From the human T2T-CHM13v2.0 reference genome, Homo sapiens, in assembly GCF_009914755.1 (NCBI RefSeq), contig NC_060928.1: a stretch of DNA of 64,000 nucleotides; one strand, written 5' to 3'. The position numbers and the translations under genes were made by a program. Positions within the stretch are counted from its first letter, which is position 1. The number at the start of each line of letters is the position of its first letter. The notes beneath the pieces were generated by a model. The model did not search any database and was not told where the DNA came from. It worked only from the letters and a program-made list of their open reading frames with translations. Positions 62,286 to 64,000 of this stretch are shown here, in pieces.

Positions 62286-62649
62286 AAAGAAGTAATGACA
62301 ACTCTAGAAAACTTCTTGCTACTTGATGGGAGAAACATTTGTACAGCATTTCCTAGGATGTGATCCATAAAACCCCGTTCTGAAGAATGTTCAATAGAAA
62401 GGGGGACTCTGGAGATTACCAGTAAGTATTATTAGCTCATAACAGGCTCTGAAAATCTCCATAGTTAAGAAGCTCATTGACTTTTTTAAACTGAGAAATT
62501 CCCAAATAAATCTGATCATGGAATCTTTTTTGCCCTGCATTAGTTACTGGCCACCGAGGGAATCTATATTACAGAACAATTTTGGGATTGATATTTTAAT
62601 TTCATTCTCCCTTACCCAGAAGTTATATTTATCTGTACCCATTCTTTCC

Positions 62650-62955
62650 GCTTTCTGAGGTGCAGATGGTTTCTGCATCTGTCTAAGGCTGAGCCATCTG
62701 GGTCTTAGGCCTCTGTATTTGTCTCTTAGAGTTCTCATATGTCAGGTAAGAAATCCAGCTAACTTTCTGCTACCATCCTGTTAGGGAGATACCTTGGATG
62801 TCCAGCCCTAAGCTATCTCTGTAGTCACCAGAAATGTGACTGAAGAAGGTTTCAGATGATTCCTGTCCTAGCCAACATCTGAGAGCAAACACATGAGAGA
62901 CCTCAGTTGTAAACCACTCAGCTGAATCTGTAGTTGACCCATAGAAGTTCAAAAG

Positions 62956-63003
<48 letters not shown>

Positions 63004-63240
63004 TGAGGTTTCAAGTCACTAGGTTTTGGGATAGTGTCATGTGCTGAATATTTGTCCCACTCCCCCCCATTCATTTGTTGAAATTTGAACCCCTAATGTG
63101 ATGGTGTTAAGAGGTGGAGCCTGTGGAAGGTAAGTAGGTCATGAGAGTGGAGCCCTCATGAATGGGATTAGTGCCCTTATAAGAAGATGCCAGAGAGCTA
63201 ATCTGCTCTCTTTCAGACATGTGAGAGACATCTACATGCC
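62650..63240 (+). mobile_element. MLT1 remnant with (AAT)n at 62958-63001, followed by an MST/MLT1A-type LTR fragment (63040-63240)
   Basis: aaaccactcagctgaa; ggagccctcatgaatgggattagtgcccttataagaaga. Confidence 0.7.
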
Positions 63241-63457
63241 TGTGTCGCTCATCAGATTTTAAATTCCTGAAGAGCAGACAGTGTGTCTTATTCTTCCTTG
63301 GATCCCCAGTACAGTGCCTGGAAACTAATTTGATCAATAAATTCATGTTAAATACTGAATAACATAAAGAGTGCGGGAAGAAGTGCTTGTGAGTTGTCAG
63401 GAAGAAGACTATCTTCACTATTGTATTTGAAGGGGGCTTTAAAAGATGTGTAGGTTA

Positions 63458-63919
<462 letters not shown>

Positions 63920-64000
63920 TCATAAGATTCATAGAGATATTATGAAAAAGAAGATGAGATACGGAGCTAAGAAAAAAATAATGTAGGGCAATGCTCGTTG

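Overview
AT-rich, CpG-poor mammalian DNA, recognisably the human DSPP locus in the chr4 SIBLING/SCPP cluster. One protein-coding gene is supported: DSPP on the + strand, with five exons (non-coding exon 1 ending at 43187; coding 45476-45526, 46668-46751, 46885-47871, 48348-50978) and all coding introns in phase 0. This allele encodes 1250 aa with a 788-aa Ser-Ser-Asp phosphoprotein (DPP) domain. The remaining ~55 kb is mostly transposon debris: Alus, L1s, MIR/L2, MaLR/ERV LTRs and DNA transposons, often nested. I found no credible new gene system. The most notable items are the multi-frame openness and CpG-driven architecture of the DPP repeat, a hAT-Blackjack transposase fossil split over ~10 kb, a MER85 with its palindrome, a ~64-bp mini-Alu with perfect TSDs, and several unusual L1 insertion structures. 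Repeat subfamily names come from recalled consensus sequences, and repeat boundaries are approximate unless a TSD is quoted.
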